Positions 18,900 to 29,112 of a DNA stretch of 64,000 bases are shown here, in pieces. Each line of letters begins with the position of its first letter. The first letter of the stretch is position 1. The notes under the pieces are model-generated. The model was given only the letters and a program-made list of their open reading frames with translations, was not told the origin of the DNA and ran no database searches. Made by a program: the position numbers and the translations under genes. Source of the DNA: a virus; the IMG/VR virus record IMGVR_UViG_3300014208_000031, positions 1 through 64,000 of that record; one strand, 5' to 3'.

Positions 18900-20297
18900 A
18901 TGTCATTAATTAATACACGACAGTTGAGACAAATTTCTTCTACAAATTCTACATCTAGTTCTTCGACGAGCGTAGATTTATTTACATCATCTAAAATTAT
19001 TTATGTAACTAAAGATGCTTTAGCAACAGATACTCGCGGCAGCTATAGTAAATACGATTTTTTTAAACCGTTTGCTACTTTAGCAGCGGCAAAAACGGCG
19101 GCGGCAAGCGGAGACGTTATTTATGTAGGGCCGGGTTCTTATACGGTTACAGATAGTATATTAAAAAATGGAGTTAATTGGCATTTTGTAGTCGGGGCTA
19201 TCGTGACGTTCACTAACCCTGCTTCTGAATACGGACTACTCGATGACAATGGAGCGGCGATAACCACACGCATCAGCGGATATGGAGATTTTATTAGAGA
19301 AGAGTCTAGCAATACCGTCAGCGGGATTCACGCTAGAGTTGTTGGCGTGAAACATGCGGATACGAATGTTTTTATTCAGGCGCGAGAAATCAAATTTTTG
19401 TCAACCGCAACAACAAGTTCGGCATATTGTCTTTGGCAGGAATCTGGAGTTATGCACGTCGAGGCGAAGAGGATGTTCGCTAACGGATATACGGGTATTA
19501 TCATCGGGTGGCTTAACGGCCCCGGATTTGTGCGATGCGACGAGATGATCTGCAACGCTGCCGCTGTATATTTTCAATGCGACGCTACGCCAACAGGCGA
19601 CCTCTATATTGACGCTCAGTTCATCGATGTGACCCTTGGGGGGACATCGCAGCCAAGTTATGCGATTTGGAATAATGGAACCGATACCACCGCCGGAGTT
19701 TGGATTCGCTGTGCTGTCCTAAAGGGTACCGCGGCCACTTCCACATCTCGCTCAATTTTGTGTTCGGCTGGGTCGGGAAATAAGGTTTATGTAACTGCTC
19801 AAAAGATTTGGGGAAACGCGCAAATCGACGGAAGCGGAATCACCTACATTACAGCCGATAAATGGACAGCTACGCAAAACGGAGGCGTAAGCCAAGCATT
19901 ATTCTACAAAAGCAGTGGGAGTGGATTAACCTTCTTGTCCGTTAAACACTACGATCCATCTACATTCACGGGACACGCATGGCGAGCGGCTAGCGGCACG
20001 GTGCAAATTATTGATGGAACTTACATTGCCGCGTCTGGTGGCGGAATCTTATGTGCATCGTCGGCAGTTATTAAATTGCGCGGAATGTCCATAGATACGA
20101 CTGCTAACTCAGCGGTAAGCGCAGTAACTGTGAGCGGCGGAACATGCACCTTAATCGCTTCTGAACTTTTAGCCCACGCTTCGGGGGTAGACATAGGGCA
20201 GTCGGGAGGAACTGCTCAAGTTGCTGGCGGGTATGGAAGTGGAACCAACGGTAATTTTAGAACTAGTGGAACCGTTGGAGTCCTTGTCCCCATATAA
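18900..20297 (+). CDS. Beta-helix (pectin-lyase-like) tailspike or appendage protein
   Basis: Cap motif KPFATLAAAKTAAASGDVIYVGPGSY followed by G/S/T-rich beta repeats. Confidence 0.6.
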   Translation: MSLINTRQLRQISSTNSTSSSSTSVDLFTSSKIIYVTKDALATDTRGSYSKYDFFKPFATLAAAKTAAASGDVIYVGPGSYTVTDSILKNGVNWHFVVGAIVTFTNPASEYGLLDDNGAAITTRISGYGDFIREESSNTVSGIHARVVGVKHADTNVFIQAREIKFLSTATTSSAYCLWQESGVMHVEAKRMFANGYTGIIIGWLNGPGFVRCDEMICNAAAVYFQCDATPTGDLYIDAQFIDVTLGGTSQPSYAIWNNGTDTTAGVWIRCAVLKGTAATSTSRSILCSAGSGNKVYVTAQKIWGNAQIDGSGITYITADKWTATQNGGVSQALFYKSSGSGLTFLSVKHYDPSTFTGHAWRAASGTVQIIDGTYIAASGGGILCASSAVIKLRGMSIDTTANSAVSAVTVSGGTCTLIASELLAHASGVDIGQSGGTAQVAGGYGSGTNGNFRTSGTVGVLVPI

Positions 20298-20441
20298 TGA
20301 TTATTATTATTTCAATAATTTTTTGAAAATAAATTTAGTATATTTAAAAATAGGCAATCATTAATAAAATCTACAATCGAAAAAGTTATAAACAGAAAAT
20401 TAAACGTAATATTATTTTTTTAAAAAAATTTAATATATAAA

Positions 20442-22972
20442 TTATAATTTAACTTTATTTTCAGTGTTGACACGATTTAAATTACCATAATAATAAGTTT
20501 TATATAACTGTAAGTTATTCCAGTTTTCAGTCATAACCGACCATGCTTCCCACTGAATAGAATCAGGATAATCCTTCTCTTTTATTCTGTTGTAATTTTC
20601 TCTAGAATTTCTATATCTCATATAGGCCGCGCAGACAAAAAACTGAGAGGTTTTCTTATCCATGTTTTCGGGCGGCGGGACGTATTCAGATTTTAGCATC
20701 ATTTCTAAGTTATTCATTTTTTATAATTATTTCAAAATCAGGAAGTCCGCGCACAAAATTTATATGATGTTTATCGGGCGGCGTCCAAATCCACCCATCT
20801 CCATATTCTTCTTGCCATTTCTTCCAACCTAAAATCTTTGCTATTTCTTCTCTTTGTTTAGTTGTTAATTCATAATTAATTAAATAGTGTAAAGTATAGT
20901 AGTTAAATTTAAATTATAAAAATATGATCTCTCTACTTATTCTCTTACTTGTTCTAGTTGCTCTTTATTATATCAATCATTATATTCCTTTTACTCCTGA
21001 CTGGCTTAAAATGATTGTTGATGTAATTTTAGGACTTATTGCTGTAGTTCAAATTCTATACTTTGTTGCCCCGATGATTCCGGGAGTTGGCGGGCGATAA
21101 TTAAATTTCAAAAGACGGTTGGATTGAATCATAATAGATTTGATCCGAGCTAATCCAAGAACCGTTTAGTAAAAGTCCGTCGTCATCGGAAATATACCAG
21201 ATTTCTTGCCAGCGGTCACGCCAGAATAATAAGTCCCCGATTTTTATATTAGTAAATGGATTAAAGGTATAGTGTTTCATATTTAACTAACATTCACAAT
21301 TCCATAAGTTTTTAACACTAAGGAAAATCTGCCGCGAGGCTTCCTTATCTGTTAGTTTTTTAGTCTTTTCTTTCTTGTTAAGATTTTCTAATTCAAGATT
21401 ATCTTTTTTGGTTGGTTTTTCTATTGGTAGTATTTTCATGATTTTATCTTAGCAAAAACTTTTGAGAAGTCAAGAGATTTGATATAAAAGTTTAACCCCT
21501 TTTAGTATTATCTACTTGTTCTTTGGCTTGTTCAAAACTGACGGGTGGCCGCGCGGCCAAACGAGACATTTTATCTTTTAATTCTTGATTTGCTGGAATA
21601 ACTTTATTTCTGGGGTCTTGCTCTGGACAATCTTTATAAATAATATCTAAAGCTTTTTGTCGCCATTCTTGTCTTTCTTCATCAGATAAACTATTACAAA
21701 CCGCGCGGATTTCGGCGGCTATTCTACTTCCTTCTGTTTCTTCTGGATAAAATCTATCATCATTTCTGTCGCACGACTGCACAATAGTTAACTCAAACAA
21801 TTTATTCTTTAAATCTTTAATTTGTTGTTTTAGTATTTTGATTTCTATATTTTGATCCATATTATTTCCAAGGCAAATTAGCTATTTCCTCTGCTTCTTC
21901 TTTAGTTAATCCTTGCTCCATTAACCATTTTACCTCTTCATCAAAACCCATATGTTTATAGCCCGGCTCAGGCTCACACATAGCCCACAAAAGTATTCTC
22001 GTTATTAGGAAAACTAAAATGAATCCCGCCCAAGCCAATACAGATATTAATCTTTCCATAATTTATTAAACCTTTCTACTTTCTAATTCTAATTTCATTA
22101 TTTTTATATAATTTTCTAAAATAATATACTGAGGAGAGAAGTCTTCAACATCTTCAAATGGATATATCATCCCAATTTTTTGAATTAAAACTAATTTGAT
22201 GCTCTTGAAATTCTTTTTTTAATTTTGGCAACCATTTATTTTCTATAATATCAATAGTATTGATTAAGTGTCCGGCGGACATATCTGTAATTTTTACTAT
22301 TTGTTTGTCTTTGGTGTTCCAGTAGCTATAGTTTATTTGGTTCATTGTTTTTATTGTCTTTCAATACTTGTTCAAATCTATTTAACCAATCATTCATAAA
22401 ATCTCTATATTGATAAAACGTAGAATCTATGTTATTGGCCGCGCGAAGTATATCTTGAGCGGCGGACGCCATGTTTGAGCCGCCGCGTGAAACATCTTCT
22501 GATCCAACTAGGTATATATTTTCCATATTATTTATTTAGTAAGTAGAATATTGCAAAATCTCTATTGTTTAGTCCAGTGAACTTCCATTGTTTTAACTGC
22601 TCTGGAGTCGGGCGGACAATTTCATTGTTTTTCATCCAAACTATTTGTTCTAAAGGGGTTTTATTTATTTGACTTATGTATTCCAAAACTTTTTCTAATT
22701 CTTCTAGTTCTACTTTCATATTACTCTTTTTCTTTTACAACTAAATCTAATTCGTCTCCGACTTGAAAGTTTTTATTTATATAAATTTTATAGTCAGAAT
22801 AATATTTATGCTGATCTGTAAAAATTCTAACTTCATATAATGCCGCTAAATTTGGATTAGGCTGCCATTTTGAAATTACTATTATTTTATTCTCCGTTAA
22901 ATCAATTCTACCACAAGATGTAAATCCTAGAGTTAAAATTACAGTTAGTATTATTAGTATTTTGTTTTTCAT
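20442..22972 (-). CDS. Minus-strand cluster of small hypothetical ORFs (20442-20717, 21101-21280, 21287-21439, 21492-21860, 21862-22059, 22154-22345, 22326-22526, 22528-22719, 22721-22972 lipoprotein-like)
   Basis: Contiguous co-oriented ORFs; 22721-22972 has a GFTSC lipobox. Confidence 0.6.
20924..21100 (+). CDS. 58-aa two-TM membrane protein under a late motif, opposite to its neighbours
   Basis: MISLLILLLVLVALYYINHYIPFTPDWLKMIVDVILGLIAVVQILYFVAPMIPGVGGR, with AGTGTAAA at 20886. Confidence 0.7.
   Translation: MISLLILLLVLVALYYINHYIPFTPDWLKMIVDVILGLIAVVQILYFVAPMIPGVGGR
21446..21473 (-). promoter_or_regulatory. sigma70-like promoter
   Basis: TTGACT-N16-TAAGAT on the minus strand. Confidence 0.55.
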
Positions 22973-22976
22973 ATTT

Positions 22977-23396
22977 TTATTTATATATTACTATAAACTC
23001 ATCAGTTTGTTCAAAAAATTCATGTTTATTCCAAAAAGTTATTTTTGCCGTATTAGGATCAAGGATTGAAAAACTATTTTTGTCAAAACCTACGATTAGT
23101 ATACAGTGGCTAGACTCATAAGTTAAATTGTCCGCGCTGATTATCAAAGATTTTAAACTTATATACTTCTCGACCTGAAAAATTGATTTTAAAGTTTTAT
23201 GCCGGGTATTTAAATATTTATTGCAGGCGCGGGCGACATCCTTTAAGTATCCACCATCTTCGTCTATGTTCAGAAGTTCTATAGCGTCAAAATGATTTAT
23301 TTCGTATCCGTGATAATCACAGAGAGTCTGAAAGATTCCAGCCACGCAGGAATAGTCTGTTAGTTGCTGGAATGGAGTTACTTTAATTTGGTTCAT
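22977..23396 (-). CDS. Peptidase C39-like cysteine protease
   Basis: Q..DYSC (catalytic Cys), SHCILIVG (His), ILDPN (Asp). Confidence 0.8.
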   Translation of the reverse strand: MNQIKVTPFQQLTDYSCVAGIFQTLCDYHGYEINHFDAIELLNIDEDGGYLKDVARACNKYLNTRHKTLKSIFQVEKYISLKSLIISADNLTYESSHCILIVGFDKNSFSILDPNTAKITFWNKHEFFEQTDEFIVIYK

Positions 23397-23403
23397 CTAA
23401 ACC

Positions 23404-23431
23404 ACTATACCATACCAAAACTAAAAGTCAA
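23404..23431 (-). promoter_or_regulatory. sigma70-like promoter; near-leaderless mRNA for the C39 gene
   Basis: TTGACT-N16-TATAGT with TGG; the -10 box ends 7 nt before ATG 23396. Confidence 0.6.
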
Positions 23432-23596
23432 GTAAAATCTGCGATTTCAAATAAAAAAGTTTAATGCCGGTCGCGCGGCTAAGTTTTGGTTAAATCAAAA
23501 TAAATAAATTATTTTTTTAAAGATAAGTATATAATATTTTAAGTGTTAAAGTGTAAATATATAATTAGTTCTAAAATTGCAGTAAAAATATAAAAT

Positions 23597-24394
23597 ATGC
23601 AGAAAACAAAAAGTCGGAGTAATGCTAACAACGGAGAGAAGAAAGACAATAGCCAATTCGTGTGGCAGCGTAGTAAAATAGATTTTGAATTATCAATACG
23701 AACTAGACCAGATTTTACGGAACATCAAAAAGAAGTTATAGATTTAATCCTAAACAAGAAAAATAAAGTTACTCTTATTTCGGGTCCGGCGGGCTGTGGA
23801 AAAACAATGCTTGGGTTGTACTGCGCTTTACAATTACTTAATACAAAACGCATCTCAAAAATTACTTATTCGCGTCCAATGTTAGAATCTTCCGATCCAG
23901 GTTCTAAGCTCGGAATGCTCCCCGGATTTATTGAAAATAAGCTGGAGCCATATGCGGCGGTAATGAATTATCTTTTAGAAGAACTTTTACCAGCAGGAGA
24001 TATTAAAAAGTTAAATAGCGATGAACGAATCGAAGTTATTCCGGTTAATTATATCCGCGGATTAACGCTATCAAATGATTTTTGCATTTTTGATGAGGTT
24101 AGCTCCTTTACGCTACATGAATTAAAAACGCTTTTGTCACGCGTTGGACCCCATTCCAGAGTAATTTGTCTTTCTGACCCTGGGCAAAGTGACCTTCCAT
24201 TAAATAAACAGGGTGGATTTGAAAAACTAATTAAATTATTTGGTGACGATGCTAGTAAAGAGATGGGAATAAATACCGTTTATTTTACAGAGGAAGAAAT
24301 TGTTAGGTCTGAGATTTGTAAATTTATGGTTACAAAGTTTAAAGAACTAGACGGAACAAGAGATTTATCCAAGTCACCGATGTTTGAAAGCTAA
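23597..24394 (+). CDS. phoH: PhoH-family ATPase
   Basis: GPAGCGKT, YSRP, LGMLPG, KLEPY, YIRGLTL, DE, LSRVG, DPGQSD, IVRS. Confidence 0.93.
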   Translation: MQKTKSRSNANNGEKKDNSQFVWQRSKIDFELSIRTRPDFTEHQKEVIDLILNKKNKVTLISGPAGCGKTMLGLYCALQLLNTKRISKITYSRPMLESSDPGSKLGMLPGFIENKLEPYAAVMNYLLEELLPAGDIKKLNSDERIEVIPVNYIRGLTLSNDFCIFDEVSSFTLHELKTLLSRVGPHSRVICLSDPGQSDLPLNKQGGFEKLIKLFGDDASKEMGINTVYFTEEEIVRSEICKFMVTKFKELDGTRDLSKSPMFES

Positions 24395-25583
24395 TATGTT
24401 AAAAACTCCTACCAAGTTTATAATTTACGAAATTCTTAATTTGAAGAATGGAAAATATTATATTGGAAGAACTAAAGGAAAGAACGGAACAATAGGTCGA
24501 TGGTCAGTTCATGTTGCTCATGCCAAATACGGAGAAAGGTATAATAAAACTTATTTTGAGAAAAATGGAAAAAGCAAACAAACTGGAAACTGTTATTTTT
24601 CAAGAGCGATTAGAAAATACGGTCAAGAAAATTTCAGAGTCAGAGTTATTGATTATGCGATAGATTTTAAACATATGGTTTGGCTGGAAGGGTTTTATAT
24701 TAAATATTATAATTCTAACAATCAAAAATATGGATATAATTTGATTATAGATAGATATGGAGATGGACTAGAATTTATTTCCGAGGAAACTAGCAATAAA
24801 TTAACAAATAGTCTTCACCAAACGAAAAGAAAACCGTCTAAAAGCGGTTGGCGGGGAGTTCACTATGGAAATACGGACGGAAAGCATAATACTAATCCTT
24901 GGTCTGTATCAGTTACGTTTAAAAGAAAGCTTTTCCGTAAAAGAGTAGAAACATTAGAGATAGCTATAGACATTTCAGATAAAATTGCTTTATTTCTTTA
25001 CGGAGATAACGCGCGATTGAATTTTCCTGAAAAAATTAGCGAGTATAAAAACTCAGACTTACAAAAAACATTTGATTGGTTTATTTATACTCGTCCGGTT
25101 TCTTCAGATTTTTTAGGAGTTTTTTACAACAAAAATGATAAAAAGTTTTCTTCTAGGGTTAAAGAAATTGGCAAAGGTGAAACAAGATTATATTTAGGTG
25201 AATATGATTTAGAAATAGACGCAGCTATTATCCATGATAAAATTTGTTGGTATCTGTATAAAGATTCTTTTGTTTTGAATTTTCCAGAAAATATAGAGAG
25301 ATATGAGGAAGAAGATTTGGAAAAACTCTATAACTATTATAAAAATAGTATAAAACAATTCAATCGAGAAACTTCTTCTAATTTTCGCGGTGTATCTAAA
25401 CATGGGCAAAGAGAGAATGGTTATTGTTGGGAGGTAAGACATAACGGTTCTAGGAATAGGGGTTTTTCTACTTCTGAGATAGAAGCTGCTCAATCTTATG
25501 ATAAGAAAGCGGTAGAACTTTTAGGCTTGAAAGCTAAAACTAATTTTCCCATCGAAAATTATCTAACAATAGAAACTAATTAA
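24384..25583 (+). CDS. GIY-YIG homing endonuclease with three AP2-like DNA-binding domains
   Basis: IIYEILNLKNGKYYIGRT...GYNL; repeats S.(W/F)(R/L)GV...AA..(Y/H)DK...(L/T)NFP. Confidence 0.85.
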   Translation: MKANMLKTPTKFIIYEILNLKNGKYYIGRTKGKNGTIGRWSVHVAHAKYGERYNKTYFEKNGKSKQTGNCYFSRAIRKYGQENFRVRVIDYAIDFKHMVWLEGFYIKYYNSNNQKYGYNLIIDRYGDGLEFISEETSNKLTNSLHQTKRKPSKSGWRGVHYGNTDGKHNTNPWSVSVTFKRKLFRKRVETLEIAIDISDKIALFLYGDNARLNFPEKISEYKNSDLQKTFDWFIYTRPVSSDFLGVFYNKNDKKFSSRVKEIGKGETRLYLGEYDLEIDAAIIHDKICWYLYKDSFVLNFPENIERYEEEDLEKLYNYYKNSIKQFNRETSSNFRGVSKHGQRENGYCWEVRHNGSRNRGFSTSEIEAAQSYDKKAVELLGLKAKTNFPIENYLTIETN

Positions 25584-25586
25584 AAA

Positions 25587-25937
25587 ATGAAAAAATTCTG
25601 TTTAATGTGTGGTTCTGCTAGCGATTACCACGATCAAAAATGTGACCAATGTAATACCGTTTTCGGAACTATAAAAATTGAAACTAAAAGCGAAAGCCGC
25701 GCGAATCTAGTCCAAGTTAAACCGCCTTTAGGAATACTATCGGCGGATTTATTTAATTTAGAAAAGTCACTTAATGATCCGTCCGCGCGGATAATTGGAA
25801 ATTTCGGCGGCTCAGATTTACAGTTCGACTTCAGTGCGATTGCTCAAGATTTAGAGCGTGAACTAGAATTAAAAAAGAATGGATCAATTAAAAATTTAAA
25901 AGTTGTTAAAGGTGAAGATATTTTTAAGAAAGAATAA
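25587..25937 (+). CDS. Zn-ribbon protein
   Basis: N-terminal CLMC...CDQC. Confidence 0.6.
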   Translation: MKKFCLMCGSASDYHDQKCDQCNTVFGTIKIETKSESRANLVQVKPPLGILSADLFNLEKSLNDPSARIIGNFGGSDLQFDFSAIAQDLERELELKKNGSIKNLKVVKGEDIFKKE

Positions 25938-25939
25938 GT

Positions 25940-26974
25940 ATGGAAGATATTAGTAAAAATTTAAGTTTAGAAGATTTGCCGGGCGAGATATGGAAACCTA
26001 TAACTCATTTTGATATAGCGGAAGGACATGAGGTTTCTAATTTGGGGAGAGTTCGTTCTCGCTATAAAGAATTTAATTTAGAGAATGGTAAAAACTTTTA
26101 TATCAAAGAGAGAGTTAAAAAACAAAGTTCTAGATGCGGGTACCGTGCCGTTAGATTTACTTTAAAAGACGGTAGTAACCAATTATTTAGAGTCCACAGA
26201 ATAGTAGGTGTCACCTTTTTACCAATAGATAATTATTTAGAACTAGTAATTCACCACAAAAATTTTTGTAGAAACGATAATAGGAGTGATAATCTAGAAT
26301 GGGTGACAATTGCCAAAAATAATCGTTATACCTTTTTGGGTACTACTAAAGAATATGTAAAAAATAACCAACGACCGATTAAAGAAAAAATTAAGTTAGA
26401 AATTCCTAAAATATTTTCTTGTAAATATAGTTTAGAAGGCGAAATATGGAGGGATGTTGACGGGTTTAAAGATTGGTATCAAATATCTAATTATGGAAGG
26501 GTTAGATCGTTAGATAGATTAACTATACATAAAGATGGCGGCAACATTTACAGAAAAGGTAAATATTTAAACCCCAAATATGATAGTAACGGATATTTGA
26601 ATATAATTTTATACAAATACAATAAAGCTTATAGAAGATTACTTCATAGATTAGTAACTTTAGCTTTTTTAGAAAACCCTAATGAATTAAAAGAGGTCAA
26701 TCACAAAAACTGTAATAAGTCGGATAACAAATTAGAGAATCTTGAATGGTGTTCTCGTCAACAGAATGTTAGACACGCTGTTGAGAATAATTTATGTGAT
26801 TGCAATAACGGGGAAGGAAATCCCCTATCTAAATTAAAAAATGATGATATTTTAAGAATGCGAGAATTAAGAGATAAAGAGCATTTAAGTATGCAAAAAT
26901 TATCTAGGATTTTTAATACCACTGAAAGTAATATTTCTAGTATTCTCAATAGAAAAACCTGGAAACATATCTAA
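25940..26974 (+). CDS. Tandem NUMOD4-HNH endonuclease (two modules) with C-terminal HTH
   Basis: Two copies of GEIW...(V/I)SN(L/Y)GRVRS...HR(I/L)V...HKN...DN...NLEW. Confidence 0.9.
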   Translation: MEDISKNLSLEDLPGEIWKPITHFDIAEGHEVSNLGRVRSRYKEFNLENGKNFYIKERVKKQSSRCGYRAVRFTLKDGSNQLFRVHRIVGVTFLPIDNYLELVIHHKNFCRNDNRSDNLEWVTIAKNNRYTFLGTTKEYVKNNQRPIKEKIKLEIPKIFSCKYSLEGEIWRDVDGFKDWYQISNYGRVRSLDRLTIHKDGGNIYRKGKYLNPKYDSNGYLNIILYKYNKAYRRLLHRLVTLAFLENPNELKEVNHKNCNKSDNKLENLEWCSRQQNVRHAVENNLCDCNNGEGNPLSKLKNDDILRMRELRDKEHLSMQKLSRIFNTTESNISSILNRKTWKHI

Positions 26975-27651
26975 TGGCTAATTCTGATAGCGGTTCTGAT
27001 GACTTCTCAGGCAATATAAAACAGATAAATAATTTAATTAGTATAAAATTATCAAAATGGCATTTGTCAGCGGGGATTCCATCTATTTCACCGGAGGACA
27101 TCCGGCAATTACTTTTAATTCACGTACACCGTCAGTGGGAAAAATATAATAAGGAACTTCCTTTGGGAAATTGGTTGAACACGGTTTTAAAAAACAGAAT
27201 ATTTAATTTACAGAGAGAATTTTATCATAAATACGCCCATATTTGCGCTGGATGCCCCTCGAATTCGGGCGGACAATGTAAAATTTTTGGAAATATCGAA
27301 TCCGAGGATTGTAATTTGTATAAAAATTGGAGATTAACTAAAAAAGCATCCTATGACGTTAATTTACCCGTATCTTTAGAAAATCATCTTTTGCAAGTTA
27401 GCTCCATGCCCTTTCAAGAAATCAATTTTGATGATCAACTAGAACATTTAAAAATAAAACTCCAAACAAAACTTTCTCAAAATGACTACAAAATATTTCT
27501 AGGTTTATACATAGATAATAAAACTGAAGCTGAATTAAGTAAAGAATTGGGATATAAAATAAGTACTAAAACTGAAGTTAATAGACAGATTAAGAATGTT
27601 AAGGCTACAATTTTGGACGTTGTTAAGAAAATATTAAAAGAAGAAGATTAA
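26974..27651 (+). CDS. Phage sigma70-family RNA polymerase sigma factor with Cys-rich insert
   Basis: Region-2-like EDIRQLL...WLNTVLKNRIFNLQR; region-4 HTH LSQNDYKIF...KTEAELSKELGY; CAGC..C..C between them. Confidence 0.75.
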   Translation: MANSDSGSDDFSGNIKQINNLISIKLSKWHLSAGIPSISPEDIRQLLLIHVHRQWEKYNKELPLGNWLNTVLKNRIFNLQREFYHKYAHICAGCPSNSGGQCKIFGNIESEDCNLYKNWRLTKKASYDVNLPVSLENHLLQVSSMPFQEINFDDQLEHLKIKLQTKLSQNDYKIFLGLYIDNKTEAELSKELGYKISTKTEVNRQIKNVKATILDVVKKILKEED

Positions 27652-27738
27652 TTATGATTATATTTCATCTAATACTAGGATTTGTTATAATTTTTTCTAT
27701 AATTCAATTTATAGGTAAAGTAATTTTTAAAAATTAAT

Positions 27739-28002
27739 ATGTTAACGGTTGACGATTTAAATAAAGAAATGACTAAATTTGTCCGCGCGAACGGTCTTAA
27801 ACCAACTAAACTATTGGCTGGGCGGGTCGAATGTGAAGATATAAATTCTTGGTCTTATTTTCCTCATTTTACCAACGATGAGAAAGGCCGCGCGGCTTTA
27901 AGAGAATTTGAATTTAATAATTGGGAGAAAGAATCTCGTAAAGTTATTTTTGGTTTAGGGCTAGTTAAAGTAGATAAGCAAAGTTATTTGGAATTAAAAT
28001 AA
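27739..28002 (+). CDS. Hypothetical protein
   Basis: 87-aa ORF. Confidence 0.55.
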   Translation: MLTVDDLNKEMTKFVRANGLKPTKLLAGRVECEDINSWSYFPHFTNDEKGRAALREFEFNNWEKESRKVIFGLGLVKVDKQSYLELK

Positions 28003-28003
28003 T

Positions 28004-29110
28004 ATGTCGGAAGATAATAAAATTCAATTTTCTCAAGAAGAGCGTGATCGCGTGGCTAATTTCTGGAATTCAGAGAAGAAAGCCGGGCGAACCCCGTCCC
28101 TTGGCGACATCGTAAGTTTCTTCACGTCGGGCAAAATCACCGATCCGCGGACAAGTGAAGGAAAAAGAGTCCGGGCTATTATTTCCGCTTTAGAATTTAA
28201 ACCAGTTAAAACAGAGTGGAAGAAAGAAGAAGGAAAAACTTTTATTATCCTTTCCGACATAGATAAGGAATTCATTCGTAACAATTGCGAAAACAATAAA
28301 GTTTATCAAATGGCTATTGTTTTGTTCCCACCCGCGCCCGGCGAAAGATTACAACCATTAGGAAAAGAAGTCCGCGCGATAAATAAATATTTAGAAGAGA
28401 TTGGACATTTGGTTAAAAAAGTTGATGAACCTAAAATGGCGGAAGGGAAATACGAAGCTCCAGACAAATTTCATACGGTTTTAGCTAAAATAAATTTATA
28501 TCTTCATCAAGAACTATCAACGCATAGTATGAGCAATTATGAAAAAAAATGTATCGAGACTACAAAACAATTTCTCCACGCCCCAAGATTTGTGCAGGAG
28601 ATGAACTCGTATAGTACCGTAGAAAAAAGGGTTAGCTTAGAAGGGGATTTTATTCGTAGTGTTTATTTTAAACCTGACGCAAATCCAGAAGAAATTTCGA
28701 TGATTGTAACTTGGTGTGCGGATAATATTGAAGTTACGGACTCTAAAAGACAAGCAGAAAAACTAAAAAATCTTTTAGAAGATATAGCCGAAGATAGAGA
28801 TGGAAAAATTTCAATGTCGTTGGTTGAAAGTATAAATAACATTAATACTCATATATCGGAAGTTTTGCGTCGGCAAGAGCGTGTGTATGCACTTCTTAAT
28901 AAAGCCAGATCAAAAAGAGATGAAGAACGCGGGAATAAAACCACCAGTGTCGCCGCTCTGTTTGAAGCATTTAGAGAAGAAGAAAATCGTAAAAAAGCAG
29001 TCAGGCAGGCGGAGTTAATTAAAGAAGGAAGAAAAAATGAAGTCAAGCGTATGGAGACTTTAAGCGATACGATTTTGCTTTGTCTCGGTTTGAGTTCAGA
29101 AGAAATTTAA
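28004..29110 (+). CDS. Helical/coiled-coil protein, possible terminase small subunit
   Basis: Position two genes upstream of terL and a coiled-coil C-terminus; no diagnostic motif. Confidence 0.35.
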   Translation: MSEDNKIQFSQEERDRVANFWNSEKKAGRTPSLGDIVSFFTSGKITDPRTSEGKRVRAIISALEFKPVKTEWKKEEGKTFIILSDIDKEFIRNNCENNKVYQMAIVLFPPAPGERLQPLGKEVRAINKYLEEIGHLVKKVDEPKMAEGKYEAPDKFHTVLAKINLYLHQELSTHSMSNYEKKCIETTKQFLHAPRFVQEMNSYSTVEKRVSLEGDFIRSVYFKPDANPEEISMIVTWCADNIEVTDSKRQAEKLKNLLEDIAEDRDGKISMSLVESINNINTHISEVLRRQERVYALLNKARSKRDEERGNKTTSVAALFEAFREEENRKKAVRQAELIKEGRKNEVKRMETLSDTILLCLGLSSEEI

Positions 29111-29112
29111 TT

